Part shown: positions 9,479 to 18,869 of the stretch, in pieces
How positions within the stretch are numbered: position 1 is the first letter of the stretch
How the letters are laid out: each line of letters opens with the position of its first letter
Assembly (NCBI GenBank): GCA_963666315.2
Contig: CAXXHG010000043.1
Span: 512,001-576,000 of the forward strand
Reading direction: 5' to 3'
Origin: Candidatus Binatia bacterium
GTDB lineage: Bacteria > Desulfobacterota > Binatia > Bin18
DNA: 64,000 bases
The notes under the pieces: generated by a model
Told to the model about the DNA's origin: nothing
What the model saw: only the letters and a program-made list of their open reading frames with translations
Database searches by the model: none
Made by a program: the position numbers and the translations under genes

Positions 9479-12022
9479 ATGGAAGCATTTTTTCGTTTGA
9501 TCATCCGATTTCGTTTTCTCGTTATCGCCGCTGTCGTGGGCTGTACGATTGTCGCCGGGATGCAGATGCAAAATCTGCGCTTTGAGAGTGACGCCGAGTC
9601 CATGATCCCACCCAATGATCCGGTCCTCCACTACAACGATGTTGTGAAGGAGCGCTTTGGGATGCTGGATCTCATTATTGTCGGCGTCCTGAATGACAAC
9701 CCGGAAGAAAACGGGGTCTTCAATCCACGGACCCTGGGCATCGTCAAAGAATTCTCTGAGAAAATTGCGCTGCTGCCCGGGATCAAAGCCGTCCGGGATG
9801 AAGATGTGGCAAGCGTTGCTACCATGGATAATATTACCGGTACCAGTGACGGCATGTCGGTCGATCCTTTCATGGAAGAGACGCCACAGTCGCCCGAAGA
9901 ATTGACAGCGCTGAAAGACGCCTTGTTTAGCAATGCGATGTTTGTTGACTGGATTGTATCCCACGATGGGACCGGTCTGCTCATCATGGCTAAGATGGAA
10001 TCGTCTGAAGGGACGCTCGAAGGCGTTGCTCGGCGGGCAGCAATCTATACCACTATCCGTGACATGATTCGGGAGAAGGAAGCGACCGGGGTGCCCGAGC
10101 AATTTCATATTGCCGGGCGCGGCGCCATGGAGGTGACGTTCTCCGAAGATGCTCGCAGCGATATGGAAATGTTCATGCCGCTGGTGCTGTGCATCGTCCT
10201 GGGAACGCTCTACTTAACCTACCGCAGCCTGCGCGGTGTACTCCTGCCGTTTGCGGTTGTGATCATCTCCGTCATCTGGAGCCTGGGCAGTATGGCCTGG
10301 GTTGGTATTCCGATGTACTTCGTCTCGACCATGATGCCGGTCACGCTGATGGCGATCGGCGTGGCCTATGGCATTCATATTCTCAGTCGTTACTACGAGG
10401 AAATTTCCAGTCATCCGGATACGTCTGCGACCGAAGCCGTGGTCGCCGCTATGCACGAGATGTGGAAGCCGGTCGTGTTCACGGCACTGACAACGGTGGC
10501 GGGTTTTCTATCTTTTCTGACTGCGGCCATGGTGCCCATTCGTCACTTCGGCGTGTTTACCTCAGTTGGTGTCCTGGCTGCGATGGTTGTCTCGCTGACT
10601 TTCTTTCCTGCCGTATTGAGCCTGCTGCCGCCCAAGGCGAGTCGCGGCCTGCGTAATCAAAAGAGCCAAAGTGGAGACCTGGCCGCTACAGGCTGGGCGG
10701 TCCGCATCCTTTCCAACCTGGGCCGCGGCGTAGCCCAGCGCCCGGTGTTGGTGTGGGGAGCAGTGGCAAGCGTTATGTTCGTCTGTCTGATAGGCACCCG
10801 GCAGCTTCAGGTCGACAGCTCGTGGATAGACGTTTTCCACGAGCAGAGCCCGGTCCGTCTTGGCGACGAGGCCTTGCGGGATAAATTTCAAGGCACGCTG
10901 CCCTTGTACGTGGCAATCGAAGGGCATGCCCCGGACTTGCTCAAAGACCCGGCCCTGTTGCGCAAGATTGACCGTCTTCAAGCCGAGGTCGAGCAGGATC
11001 CTGTTGTGGGCGGATCGTTGTCCATTGCCGAGTTTATTAAACGCATGAATCGGGTCATGCATGAGGATCGAGAGGAGATGGAAGTCATCCCCGACTCGCG
11101 CGATCTGATCGCGCAATATCTCTTGCTGTACTCGTTCTCTGGAGACCCGGATGATTTCGATGAAGTCGTCGACTATGATTACCAACATGCCAATATCGCC
11201 TTTTACCTGCGCTCAGATCACAGCGCGGATATCGAGCGCGTAATTCATCGGATTCAGGATTTCGTGGTCCGAGAATTTGGCCGGGTTGACAATGAAACTA
11301 CTGACGCCGGGGCTCAGGATCCGGTGACACTGAAGTTTGGACGCTGGTTAGCCGGAATCAATCCAACCGTCACCGGTTGGGAGACGAACAGTGGCTTTCG
11401 CATCGGTTTCGCCGGGCAGGGCCATATGAGTAACCGGTTTAGTGAACTTGTTGTCTCCGGTCAGTTGAGCAGTCTTGTCACCTCATTGGTCGCCGTTTTT
11501 CTGCTCACAACCTTTATGTTCCGCTCTTTTGTTGCCGGTCTGATCAATATCATTCCTATCAGTGCGGTGATGGTTTTCAGCTTTGGACTCATGGGGCTGC
11601 TTGGTATTCCTCTTGAAGTTGGAAAATCCATGACCGCCTCCATGGTGATTGGCATTGGCATCGACTATACGATCCACTTTCTCAATAAATATCAGTTGAA
11701 AACCAAGGATGGTGTCCTTAATCCCGAGCAAGTCACTGTGGTAACGATGGCGACCTCGGGAAAAGCCATCTTCTTTAACGCGGCGGTGGTGATCGGCGGC
11801 TTCTTAGTTTTTCTGACCTCTAACTTCAAAGTCAATTATTATCTCGGGGCCATGATGGCCCTCAATATGGGCGCCTGCCTGCTGGCGTCAATGACCATCC
11901 TGCCAGCAATTCTGATTACATTTAAACCGCGTTTTGTGTATGGCGAACAGCCGGCAGCGGGTGCGCCGACGAAAACGATCCACAGCGTAGTTTCAGCCAA
12001 AGAAGAGGAGGAAGCAGTATGA
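9479..12022 (+). CDS. MMPL-family (RND superfamily) transporter, copy 3
   Basis: 847 aa, collinear with copies 1 and 2; ATGA overlap with next gene. Confidence 0.92.
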   Translation: MEAFFRLIIRFRFLVIAAVVGCTIVAGMQMQNLRFESDAESMIPPNDPVLHYNDVVKERFGMLDLIIVGVLNDNPEENGVFNPRTLGIVKEFSEKIALLPGIKAVRDEDVASVATMDNITGTSDGMSVDPFMEETPQSPEELTALKDALFSNAMFVDWIVSHDGTGLLIMAKMESSEGTLEGVARRAAIYTTIRDMIREKEATGVPEQFHIAGRGAMEVTFSEDARSDMEMFMPLVLCIVLGTLYLTYRSLRGVLLPFAVVIISVIWSLGSMAWVGIPMYFVSTMMPVTLMAIGVAYGIHILSRYYEEISSHPDTSATEAVVAAMHEMWKPVVFTALTTVAGFLSFLTAAMVPIRHFGVFTSVGVLAAMVVSLTFFPAVLSLLPPKASRGLRNQKSQSGDLAATGWAVRILSNLGRGVAQRPVLVWGAVASVMFVCLIGTRQLQVDSSWIDVFHEQSPVRLGDEALRDKFQGTLPLYVAIEGHAPDLLKDPALLRKIDRLQAEVEQDPVVGGSLSIAEFIKRMNRVMHEDREEMEVIPDSRDLIAQYLLLYSFSGDPDDFDEVVDYDYQHANIAFYLRSDHSADIERVIHRIQDFVVREFGRVDNETTDAGAQDPVTLKFGRWLAGINPTVTGWETNSGFRIGFAGQGHMSNRFSELVVSGQLSSLVTSLVAVFLLTTFMFRSFVAGLINIIPISAVMVFSFGLMGLLGIPLEVGKSMTASMVIGIGIDYTIHFLNKYQLKTKDGVLNPEQVTVVTMATSGKAIFFNAAVVIGGFLVFLTSNFKVNYYLGAMMALNMGACLLASMTILPAILITFKPRFVYGEQPAAGAPTKTIHSVVSAKEEEEAV

Positions 12023-12828
12023 AAACCATCTGCATAATGACAATTGGACTCGGGTTACTCTTACTCAGCACAATCGCGCCTGTCTATGCACAGGAAATCC
12101 CTGGTGAACCAACCGGACGTGAGATCGCGGTCTTTGTTGATGAACGTGAGGACGGTGACGATCAGATCTCTGAAGCAAACTGGACGTTGACCAATAGTAA
12201 GGGCAAGACGCGCAAACGGCACACCCTACGGTATTGGAAAGACTATGACGGCAATGACGGATTGTCCAGCAAGTCCTTTATTTATTTCAAATTTCCACCT
12301 GATGTGAAAGACACGACATTCCTGAGTTGGTCCCAAGAGGACGCCGAGGCCGACGACGACCAGTGGATCTATTTGCCTGCGTTGCGCAAAGTCCGGCGCA
12401 TTGCCTCCGGCGATAAAGAAAATTCCTTTATGGGCAGCGACATTATCTACGATGATATGGCGGACCGGGAGGTCGAGGAGGATACGCACAAGCTGCTGCG
12501 CGTCGAGCAGGAGAATGGCACTAAGTTCTATGTTCTGGAGTCCATCCCCAAGAAGGCAAAATACATCTACAGCAAAAAGCTGCGCTGGGTGAATGCGGAA
12601 AACTGGACCGAACCGAGGATAGAATTTTATGACCGCAAAGGCCGGTTGCTCAAAATCTGGACGACAGACTGGGCGCAGATCGACGGGATTTGGAACTGGC
12701 AACGGACAGTGGTGGAGAATCAACTGACCGGACATAAGACAGAGCTTATGATTAGCAACGTCCGATTTAATCAAAATATCAAGGAATCGGTTTTTACAGA
12801 GCGGTCGCTGCGCAAAGGTAAGCCGTAG
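12019..12828 (+). CDS. LolA-like periplasmic outer-membrane lipoprotein-sorting protein
   Basis: Signal peptide; FKFPPDVKDTTFL, DDDQWIYLPALRKVRRIA, SFMGSDIIYDDM, EFYDRKGRLLK motifs typical of the LolA-like family found next to MMPL genes. Confidence 0.9.
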   Translation: MKTICIMTIGLGLLLLSTIAPVYAQEIPGEPTGREIAVFVDEREDGDDQISEANWTLTNSKGKTRKRHTLRYWKDYDGNDGLSSKSFIYFKFPPDVKDTTFLSWSQEDAEADDDQWIYLPALRKVRRIASGDKENSFMGSDIIYDDMADREVEEDTHKLLRVEQENGTKFYVLESIPKKAKYIYSKKLRWVNAENWTEPRIEFYDRKGRLLKIWTTDWAQIDGIWNWQRTVVENQLTGHKTELMISNVRFNQNIKESVFTERSLRKGKP

Positions 12829-12890
12829 AGCTTTCCTATGATCGAGGCGTTAGTGCAAAAACAGTCAACCTCTTTGGGAATCCGATTTAC

Positions 12891-12981
12891 CTCCTCTCCC
12901 GCTGGCGGGAGAGGAGGGAGGTGAGGGTGGTAGAATTCTCGTTTCATACCCCTCACCCTCGCCCCAAAGGGGCGAGGGAAT
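12891..12981. repeat. REP-like palindromic element (CCTCTCCC...GGGAGAGG family)
   Basis: CCTCTCCCGCTGGCGGGAGAGG hairpin + GGTGAGGGT, followed by inverted CCCTCACCCTCGCCCCAAAGGGGCGAGGG. Confidence 0.7.
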
Positions 12982-13033
12982 TGCTATTCCCAAGGAGCTG
13001 TCTTGAAGCTGCGTTAGGGTCCCCTTACCTGTT

Positions 13034-15016
13034 ATGAGCAGCCTACCCCCGAGCGTGAAGACATGGTTCTTCATCCTCACCATAATCCTTTGGATTGGAG
13101 CGGGAGAATCTTTCGCTCAATCTGATCCTCCCGATCCTCCTTCCGTCATCCGCCTCCAAAAGGCCCATATGACTTCCGAGGGAAGCCAGAGACGCATTGT
13201 CTTTCAATTTTCTCAAGCTCCAGTGTCTGTGTACGCGTTTTCCCTCTCGACTCCAAACCGTCTCGTTATTGATATCATCGGTCCGGTCCCACAACGGTTC
13301 TCGGCCTCTTACAAAGCAAAAGATAGCCTCCTGCGGCGGGTCCGTGTTGGGGTGCATCCGCAACATCTGCGTTTGGTGCTTGATCTAAAAGGCGAAAAGC
13401 TCCCAGCGTTTACTGTGGAGCAGCACGGTAGCCGGGTCACTGCAATTCTCCACAGCTCAGAGCGGATCGCACCGGAAGCGCGTGCTCAGATCCTGTTTGA
13501 AAGTCCGCAAGAGCGAATGTTCGCTCAGTCGATTTCGCAGGCGTCCTCCTCGGCGTCTGCTCCGGCTCGCTCTGAGCAAGAGGTCAAGACAGCGGCAGCT
13601 GAACCGCAGACCGCCCCGAAAACGCGTTCTTCCCTGTCGGAGAAAAGAGTCGCGACAGCCAGTAGCCAGAGTACGCAGAGCGATACTCAGCCCGGCTTGT
13701 TTCATAAGCTGCGCGAGCGCTTAGACGTGACCGGCTTTGTAAAGAATGAAACCGCCTTTCGGCTATACTCCCCGCATCAATTCTCAAAATCTCAGAATTG
13801 GTTTCAGGTCGAAATTGAGTTTGAACTCACCGACTGGGCTGAATTAACGGTGATTGGACGAACGCTTTTTGATCCGGTGAATCATTTAGAGACGGACATT
13901 ACCGATTTCGATTCCTCACCAGTCGATCGCCTAGAGAGTGGCGATTCATTTCAGGCCGAGTTGCGTGAGCTGTATCTCGACCTGGTCTACGACGACTTCG
14001 ATATACGCCTGGGGCGCCAACAGATTGTATGGGGAGAGTCCATCGGCCTGCGTATCCTGGATGTCATTAATCCCCAAGATTTTCGAGAATTCATTCTGAA
14101 TAATTTTATTGATGCCCGGATTCCGCTGTGGGGTATGCGCGCGGGTTACATCCTGAACGACTGGACGTTTGAGGCCGTTTGGTTGCCGGACTTTGAGGCC
14201 GGCCGAGCGGCTGATGAGGGCAGTGAATTTCAATTTCGAAACGTTCCAATTCCCGCCCTGCCTATCCAGCCTCCACCGCCTTTTCCGTCTATCCAGGCCA
14301 GATCGGTGAATGAACCCGAGGATTGGCGACTGAGCGACTCTGAAGTCGGATTCCGGGTCACACGCTTTTTGCGGAATACGGACCTGTCTTTTAACTATCT
14401 GTACTCCTGGAGCGATTTCCCCGTACCGTTCCGGCGCGTACTCGGTCCAAACACGTTTCGCTTCGAGCCTAGCCATGAGCGCTTTCACCTTATTGGCGGG
14501 AGTTTTAACTATGCCTTTGACGTGTTTGTCATTCGGGGCGAAGGTGGGGTGAAGCTGGGGCAGTACTTTGTGTCCGACGATCCAAACGAACGCGACGGAG
14601 TTCAACAGCGCGAACTTTTGTCATATGTCCTAGGGCTCGACTGGACGGTCAGCGATAACCTCCTGGCGAATTTTCAGTTCTTTCAGGATGTCATTTTTAA
14701 TAAATCTGGAGATCTGGTTGACGAGGCCGTTAATAATGCGGTGTCGATCTCCTTGCTCTCAGACTTTTGGAACGAGACGCTCTTTGCTGAGTTGTTCGTT
14801 CTGTACGGCATAAATTTCGGCGACCTTCTCATCCGTCCTCAAGTTCGGTACGCATTCTCGGATTATCTGTCCGCAACGATCGGCGCGGATCTTTTCATTG
14901 GCTCACGATCCGGATTCTTTGGACAATACGCGGCTTCGGTTAATCCGCACGATCGCCACTGGACTGGACGTAACAGTCGATTTTTTCTGGAAGTCAAGCG
15001 GTCGTTTTCGTTGTAG
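13034..15016 (+). CDS. AMIN-domain / DUF1302-like outer-membrane beta-barrel fusion protein
   Basis: Signal peptide; AMIN motifs FSLSTPNRLVIDI and LRRVRVGVHPQHLRLVLDL; S/A/Q-rich linker; barrel with ELRELYLD, DIRLGRQQIVWG, LDVINPQD and C-terminal FLEVKRSFSL. Confidence 0.82.
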   Translation: MSSLPPSVKTWFFILTIILWIGAGESFAQSDPPDPPSVIRLQKAHMTSEGSQRRIVFQFSQAPVSVYAFSLSTPNRLVIDIIGPVPQRFSASYKAKDSLLRRVRVGVHPQHLRLVLDLKGEKLPAFTVEQHGSRVTAILHSSERIAPEARAQILFESPQERMFAQSISQASSSASAPARSEQEVKTAAAEPQTAPKTRSSLSEKRVATASSQSTQSDTQPGLFHKLRERLDVTGFVKNETAFRLYSPHQFSKSQNWFQVEIEFELTDWAELTVIGRTLFDPVNHLETDITDFDSSPVDRLESGDSFQAELRELYLDLVYDDFDIRLGRQQIVWGESIGLRILDVINPQDFREFILNNFIDARIPLWGMRAGYILNDWTFEAVWLPDFEAGRAADEGSEFQFRNVPIPALPIQPPPPFPSIQARSVNEPEDWRLSDSEVGFRVTRFLRNTDLSFNYLYSWSDFPVPFRRVLGPNTFRFEPSHERFHLIGGSFNYAFDVFVIRGEGGVKLGQYFVSDDPNERDGVQQRELLSYVLGLDWTVSDNLLANFQFFQDVIFNKSGDLVDEAVNNAVSISLLSDFWNETLFAELFVLYGINFGDLLIRPQVRYAFSDYLSATIGADLFIGSRSGFFGQYAASVNPHDRHWTGRNSRFFLEVKRSFSL

Positions 15017-15034
15017 AGGAGCGCTCAATACAGG

Positions 15035-15117
15035 GATTACCGATTGTCTTCAACCAACACTCCAGCCTCATGCAGTTGTTGCACCTCTTCAATTGAACGT
15101 CTCAAATACGAAGTGAG
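15035..15117 (-). pseudogene. Diverged duplicate of the 3' end of the CoA-transferase gene
   Basis: Encodes LTSYLRRSIEEVQQLHEAGVLVEDNR*, versus LTSYLGRSVEEVEQLREAGVLVEENR* ending at 15566. Confidence 0.85.
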
Positions 15118-15292
15118 CGCCATTTCTGCCTCATTTCGGAGAAAAAATTTTTCTTTGTTTTATCCCGGGATACGGAGAAACTTCAACAATTCTTTTGAGG
15201 CCAAGAAAGAACTCTTACACTATTGCTCTGGAAGTTAAACGAGTGGACGAAGAGGTTGTATTAGATTACGTCTTGTTCGATAAAGAGGACCT

Positions 15293-15550
15293 ATAGAAAC
15301 CGTCAATATTCACCAGGCTAAGATCCATCAGTCGCGTCTGCTCGATCGCGTTGTTGCCGGGGAACAGATCATCATTGCGAAGAGCGGGAAGCCGATTGCT
15401 AAGCTGGTGCCCATCATTCCAAGCCGGCTCAAGTCGGGACGGTTGAAGGGCAAGATTAAAATTGCTCGGGATTTTGATGCTCCACTACCGGACTCCATTG
15501 CCGCTGCATTCAGAGGGGAAGGTGAATGGGGCAGCTTCTCCTTACATATC
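15293..15550 (+). pseudogene. Phd/YefM antitoxin pseudogene plus stub of a PIN (VapC) toxin
   Basis: After GAGGA RBS, ATA (for ATG) then ETVNIHQAKIHQSRLLDRVVAGEQIIIAKSGKPIAKLVP...LKGKIKIARDFDAPLPD; stop lost; overlapping ATG at 15526 gives MGQLLLTY, like degenerate MRLLLDTH. Confidence 0.8.
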
Positions 15551-15565
15551 TCTAAGCTGACCCGA

Positions 15566-16789
15566 TTACCGATTCTCCTCGACTAACACTCCCGCCTCGC
15601 GCAGTTGTTCGACCTCTTCAACTGAACGACCCAAATACGAAGTCAGGACTTCTTCGTTGTGCTGACCCAGGGTTGGGGCGTGGAGCGGGAGTTCTTCTGG
15701 AAACTCGGAGAACTTGAGCGGAAAACCGGGCACGTCGAGATCGCCATGGATGGGGTCATTGATCGTCCGAACAGTTCCGCGTTGGCGCAAGTGTGGGTGG
15801 TCGAGGGTTTCAGCCACAGAGAGGACCGGAGCGACCGGAACACTAAACTTCTCCAAATGTGAGACAGCGCTGGACACATCGGGGAACGTCTGCAGCCAGT
15901 CTTCGATCAGGCTGACCACTTCGTCCCGCCGTTTGAGTCGGGCTTGGTCGGTACTATAGCGAGAGTCGTCAGTCAGCTCAGGACGTTCCATGGCTTTACA
16001 TAAATCCGGCCAATGATGGAAAACGGCCATGATGACCAGATGGCCGCCGTTCCCACGAAACACACCAGCCGGACAGGCATAGGTCATATGCCGGCCAACG
16101 CGGGTAGGCTTGATGGCTCCTTCGGTCGCCCGCGGGGTATGCACGTTGACCTCATGATAGTGGTGGTACACATCGAGTAGGGCGACATCCAGGTGTTGCC
16201 CTCGGCCCGTTTTGTCACGATGGCGCAGAGCGGCTAGGACGGCCAAAGCGCCATGCACGCCGGTGCTGACATCGCCCATACCGACGAGCGGAATATACGG
16301 CGCGTCGTCCTCTTCGCCGATCATTGAAGTTACGCCCGCATACGCCTGAGCGATATAGTCATAACCCGGCTTGTGGGCCAAAGGGCCCGTCTGGCCTAAC
16401 GCCGAAATGGAACACAGGATGATGTCGGGTTTTAGTTCTTTGAGCAGGGCGTAGCTGAGACCCATGTTCGCCATGACGCCGGGCTTAAAATTTTCAACAA
16501 CCACATCGACATGCTGAATAAGCTCGGTGACCAGGGCCATGCCGCGTGGATCGCGCAGATTGACACACAGGCTTTTCTTGCCTCGATTGTGCTGGACGTA
16601 AAACAGGCTGCGCTCGTTGCGAAAGACGGAGGCGTTGCGGCTCAAGTCGCCCTTGGGAGCAGACTCGACTTTGATGACATCGGCACCCATCTCGGCCAGC
16701 ATACGACTACAGGTTGGCCCGGCCAGCGCGCGCGTAAAGTCGAGCACGCGCAGCCCGCTGAGAACGTGTTGGCTGCCTTGGGTCACCAT
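15566..16789 (-). CDS. CaiB/BaiF family III CoA-transferase
   Basis: LSGLRVLDFTRALAGPTCSRMLAEMGADVIKVE, ENFKPG, GYDYIAQA; start at MVTQ after GGAGG. Confidence 0.93.
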   Translation of the reverse strand: MVTQGSQHVLSGLRVLDFTRALAGPTCSRMLAEMGADVIKVESAPKGDLSRNASVFRNERSLFYVQHNRGKKSLCVNLRDPRGMALVTELIQHVDVVVENFKPGVMANMGLSYALLKELKPDIILCSISALGQTGPLAHKPGYDYIAQAYAGVTSMIGEEDDAPYIPLVGMGDVSTGVHGALAVLAALRHRDKTGRGQHLDVALLDVYHHYHEVNVHTPRATEGAIKPTRVGRHMTYACPAGVFRGNGGHLVIMAVFHHWPDLCKAMERPELTDDSRYSTDQARLKRRDEVVSLIEDWLQTFPDVSSAVSHLEKFSVPVAPVLSVAETLDHPHLRQRGTVRTINDPIHGDLDVPGFPLKFSEFPEELPLHAPTLGQHNEEVLTSYLGRSVEEVEQLREAGVLVEENR

Positions 16790-16802
16790 AGTTGCCTCCT
16801 GT

Positions 16803-18026
16803 CTACGAATTTTTTTCCACCAACACCCCCGCTTCACGCAGTTTCTGTAGCTCTTCTGGTGAGCGCTTCAGATACGAGGTTACGATTTCCTCATTGTGCT
16901 GACCCAGGGTCGGGGCTTGGAGGGGCAAATCTTCCGGAAAGCGTGAGAACCGAAGCGGCATACCGGGAATGTCGAATTCACCGGCAAGCGGATCTTTGAT
17001 TGTTCGGACGGTGCCACGTGCGCGCAGATGCGGATGCGCGACGGTCTCGGCGACAGATAAGACCGGCGCAACCGGCACCCCGAACTTTTCCATCTGGGCA
17101 ACCGCACTCTCGGTATCGGGAAAGGTTTCCAGGAGCCAGTCTTCAATGATTTTGACCACCTCGTCACGATTTTCCAGCCGTAGCGTGTCGTTGCTATAGC
17201 GTTCGTGTTCTATCAGTTCCGGCTTATCCATGGCGGCGCACAGATCCTTCCAGTGCTGCATGAAGGCCATGATGACGACCGAGCCGTCTTTCGTACGAAA
17301 AACGCCGGCCGGACACACATAGCCCAAATGCCGGCCTGCCCGGACCGGATTGATTTTGCCGTTGGAGCCGCTGTATTGGTGCACGTTGACCTCGTGGTAG
17401 TGGTAGTACACATCCAGCAAGCCGATATCGAGATGCTGTCCCTCGCCCGTTCGGTCGCGATAGCGCAGGGCAGACACCACGGCCAGTGCCGCATGCACGC
17501 CCGTACTGACATCGCCCATGCCGACACCGGGTATATAAGGAGTTGTATCCGGATCACCAATCATGGATGTGACCCCAGAGTAGGCTTGGGCGATGTAGTC
17601 ATAACCGGGTTTACTGGAGAGTGGCCCTTTCTGGCCCAAAGCTGAGATTGAGCACAGAATAATATCCGGCTTGATTTTTTTGAGATCTTCGTACCCCAGG
17701 CCCATTTGGGCTATCACGCCGGGCTTAAAGTTTTCGACTACCACGTCCATTTGCGCAATCAGCTCCTTGAGAATTTCCATCGCCCGGGGGTCACGGATAT
17801 TAACGCACAAACTCTTCTTGCCGAGATTTTGTTGGATCAAATACAAGCTGCGCCCGTTCTGATAGATGGAGATGCCCCGCACCATATCTCCGTTTGGAGC
17901 AGATTCGACCTTGATGACATCAGCCCCCATTTCCGCCATCATGCGCGTACAACTCGGTCCGGCTAAGGCACGCGTAAAATCCAAAACTCGTAAATCGCTC
18001 AGTACATGATCCATTCCGTGTGGCAT
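16803..18026 (-). CDS. CaiB/BaiF family III CoA-transferase
   Basis: Same motifs; tandem paralogue. Confidence 0.93.
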   Translation of the reverse strand: MPHGMDHVLSDLRVLDFTRALAGPSCTRMMAEMGADVIKVESAPNGDMVRGISIYQNGRSLYLIQQNLGKKSLCVNIRDPRAMEILKELIAQMDVVVENFKPGVIAQMGLGYEDLKKIKPDIILCSISALGQKGPLSSKPGYDYIAQAYSGVTSMIGDPDTTPYIPGVGMGDVSTGVHAALAVVSALRYRDRTGEGQHLDIGLLDVYYHYHEVNVHQYSGSNGKINPVRAGRHLGYVCPAGVFRTKDGSVVIMAFMQHWKDLCAAMDKPELIEHERYSNDTLRLENRDEVVKIIEDWLLETFPDTESAVAQMEKFGVPVAPVLSVAETVAHPHLRARGTVRTIKDPLAGEFDIPGMPLRFSRFPEDLPLQAPTLGQHNEEIVTSYLKRSPEELQKLREAGVLVEKNS

Positions 18027-18069
18027 ATCTTCCCTCCGCTTAGATATTGATTTTTTCCAGACGAATACC

Positions 18070-18849
18070 TCAGTCCCACATCAGGCCACCATCCACATTA
18101 AACGACTGGCCGGTGATATTGCGCGCCTCATCCGAAGCAAGGAAGACGGCCATGTTCGCGATGTCATCCGGGCTATTGGAGCGTTTGAGGGGAATCGAGG
18201 CATCCAGACGGGCACCCGCCTGCTCTTCGGTAATGCCCTCCCGCTCAGTCAGCTGCTGCATGACGTTGTGGTACAGATCCGTACGGGTCGCACCAGGGCA
18301 GATGGCATTCACATTAATATTATGTTTGGCAAGCTGTGAGGCGCCGATGCGCGTCATGGCGATGACGGCGCCCTTTGAGCCGGCATAGGAGATGTTTGAG
18401 GTGCCGCGAAATCCTTTTCCCGCGATCGACGCAATATTGATGATCTTGCCCTCTTTGCGTTTTACCATTTCCCGTGCAACGGCTTGCATGCAGAAAAAGA
18501 CACCTTTGGCGTTGATGGCATGAATCCAGTCCCAATCGTCTTCTGTCACATCAAAAAACCCTATGCTTTTTGTGACGCCGGCATTATTGACCAGAATGTC
18601 AATCTGGCCGAAGATTTCCACCGCTTTGGCGACCATGGCATTGATGTCTTCCACCCGCCCCATATCTGTTTTTATAAAAAGGCCCCGGCGGTCATAGGCG
18701 CTTACCTCAGCTGCGGTTTGCTGGCCGGTAGCCTCATTAATCTCAGCCCCCACAACGTGCGCGCCTTCTTTGGCACACCGCAGGGCAATGGCTTTGCCCA
18801 TGCCCGTCCCGATGCCGGTGACAACGGCAATCTTATCTTTGAGCAGCAT
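18070..18849 (-). CDS. Short-chain dehydrogenase/reductase
   Basis: TGIGTGMG, NNAG, YAGSK catalytic motif, ITGQSFNVDGG. Confidence 0.93.
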   Translation of the reverse strand: MLLKDKIAVVTGIGTGMGKAIALRCAKEGAHVVGAEINEATGQQTAAEVSAYDRRGLFIKTDMGRVEDINAMVAKAVEIFGQIDILVNNAGVTKSIGFFDVTEDDWDWIHAINAKGVFFCMQAVAREMVKRKEGKIINIASIAGKGFRGTSNISYAGSKGAVIAMTRIGASQLAKHNINVNAICPGATRTDLYHNVMQQLTEREGITEEQAGARLDASIPLKRSNSPDDIANMAVFLASDEARNITGQSFNVDGGLMWD

Positions 18850-18869
18850 GATGTTCCTCCTTATTGAAT

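Noticed and set aside
2647-12022. MMPL repeats as an assembly artefact
   Set aside because: The copies differ at many synonymous and non-synonymous sites along their length, so they are old paralogues
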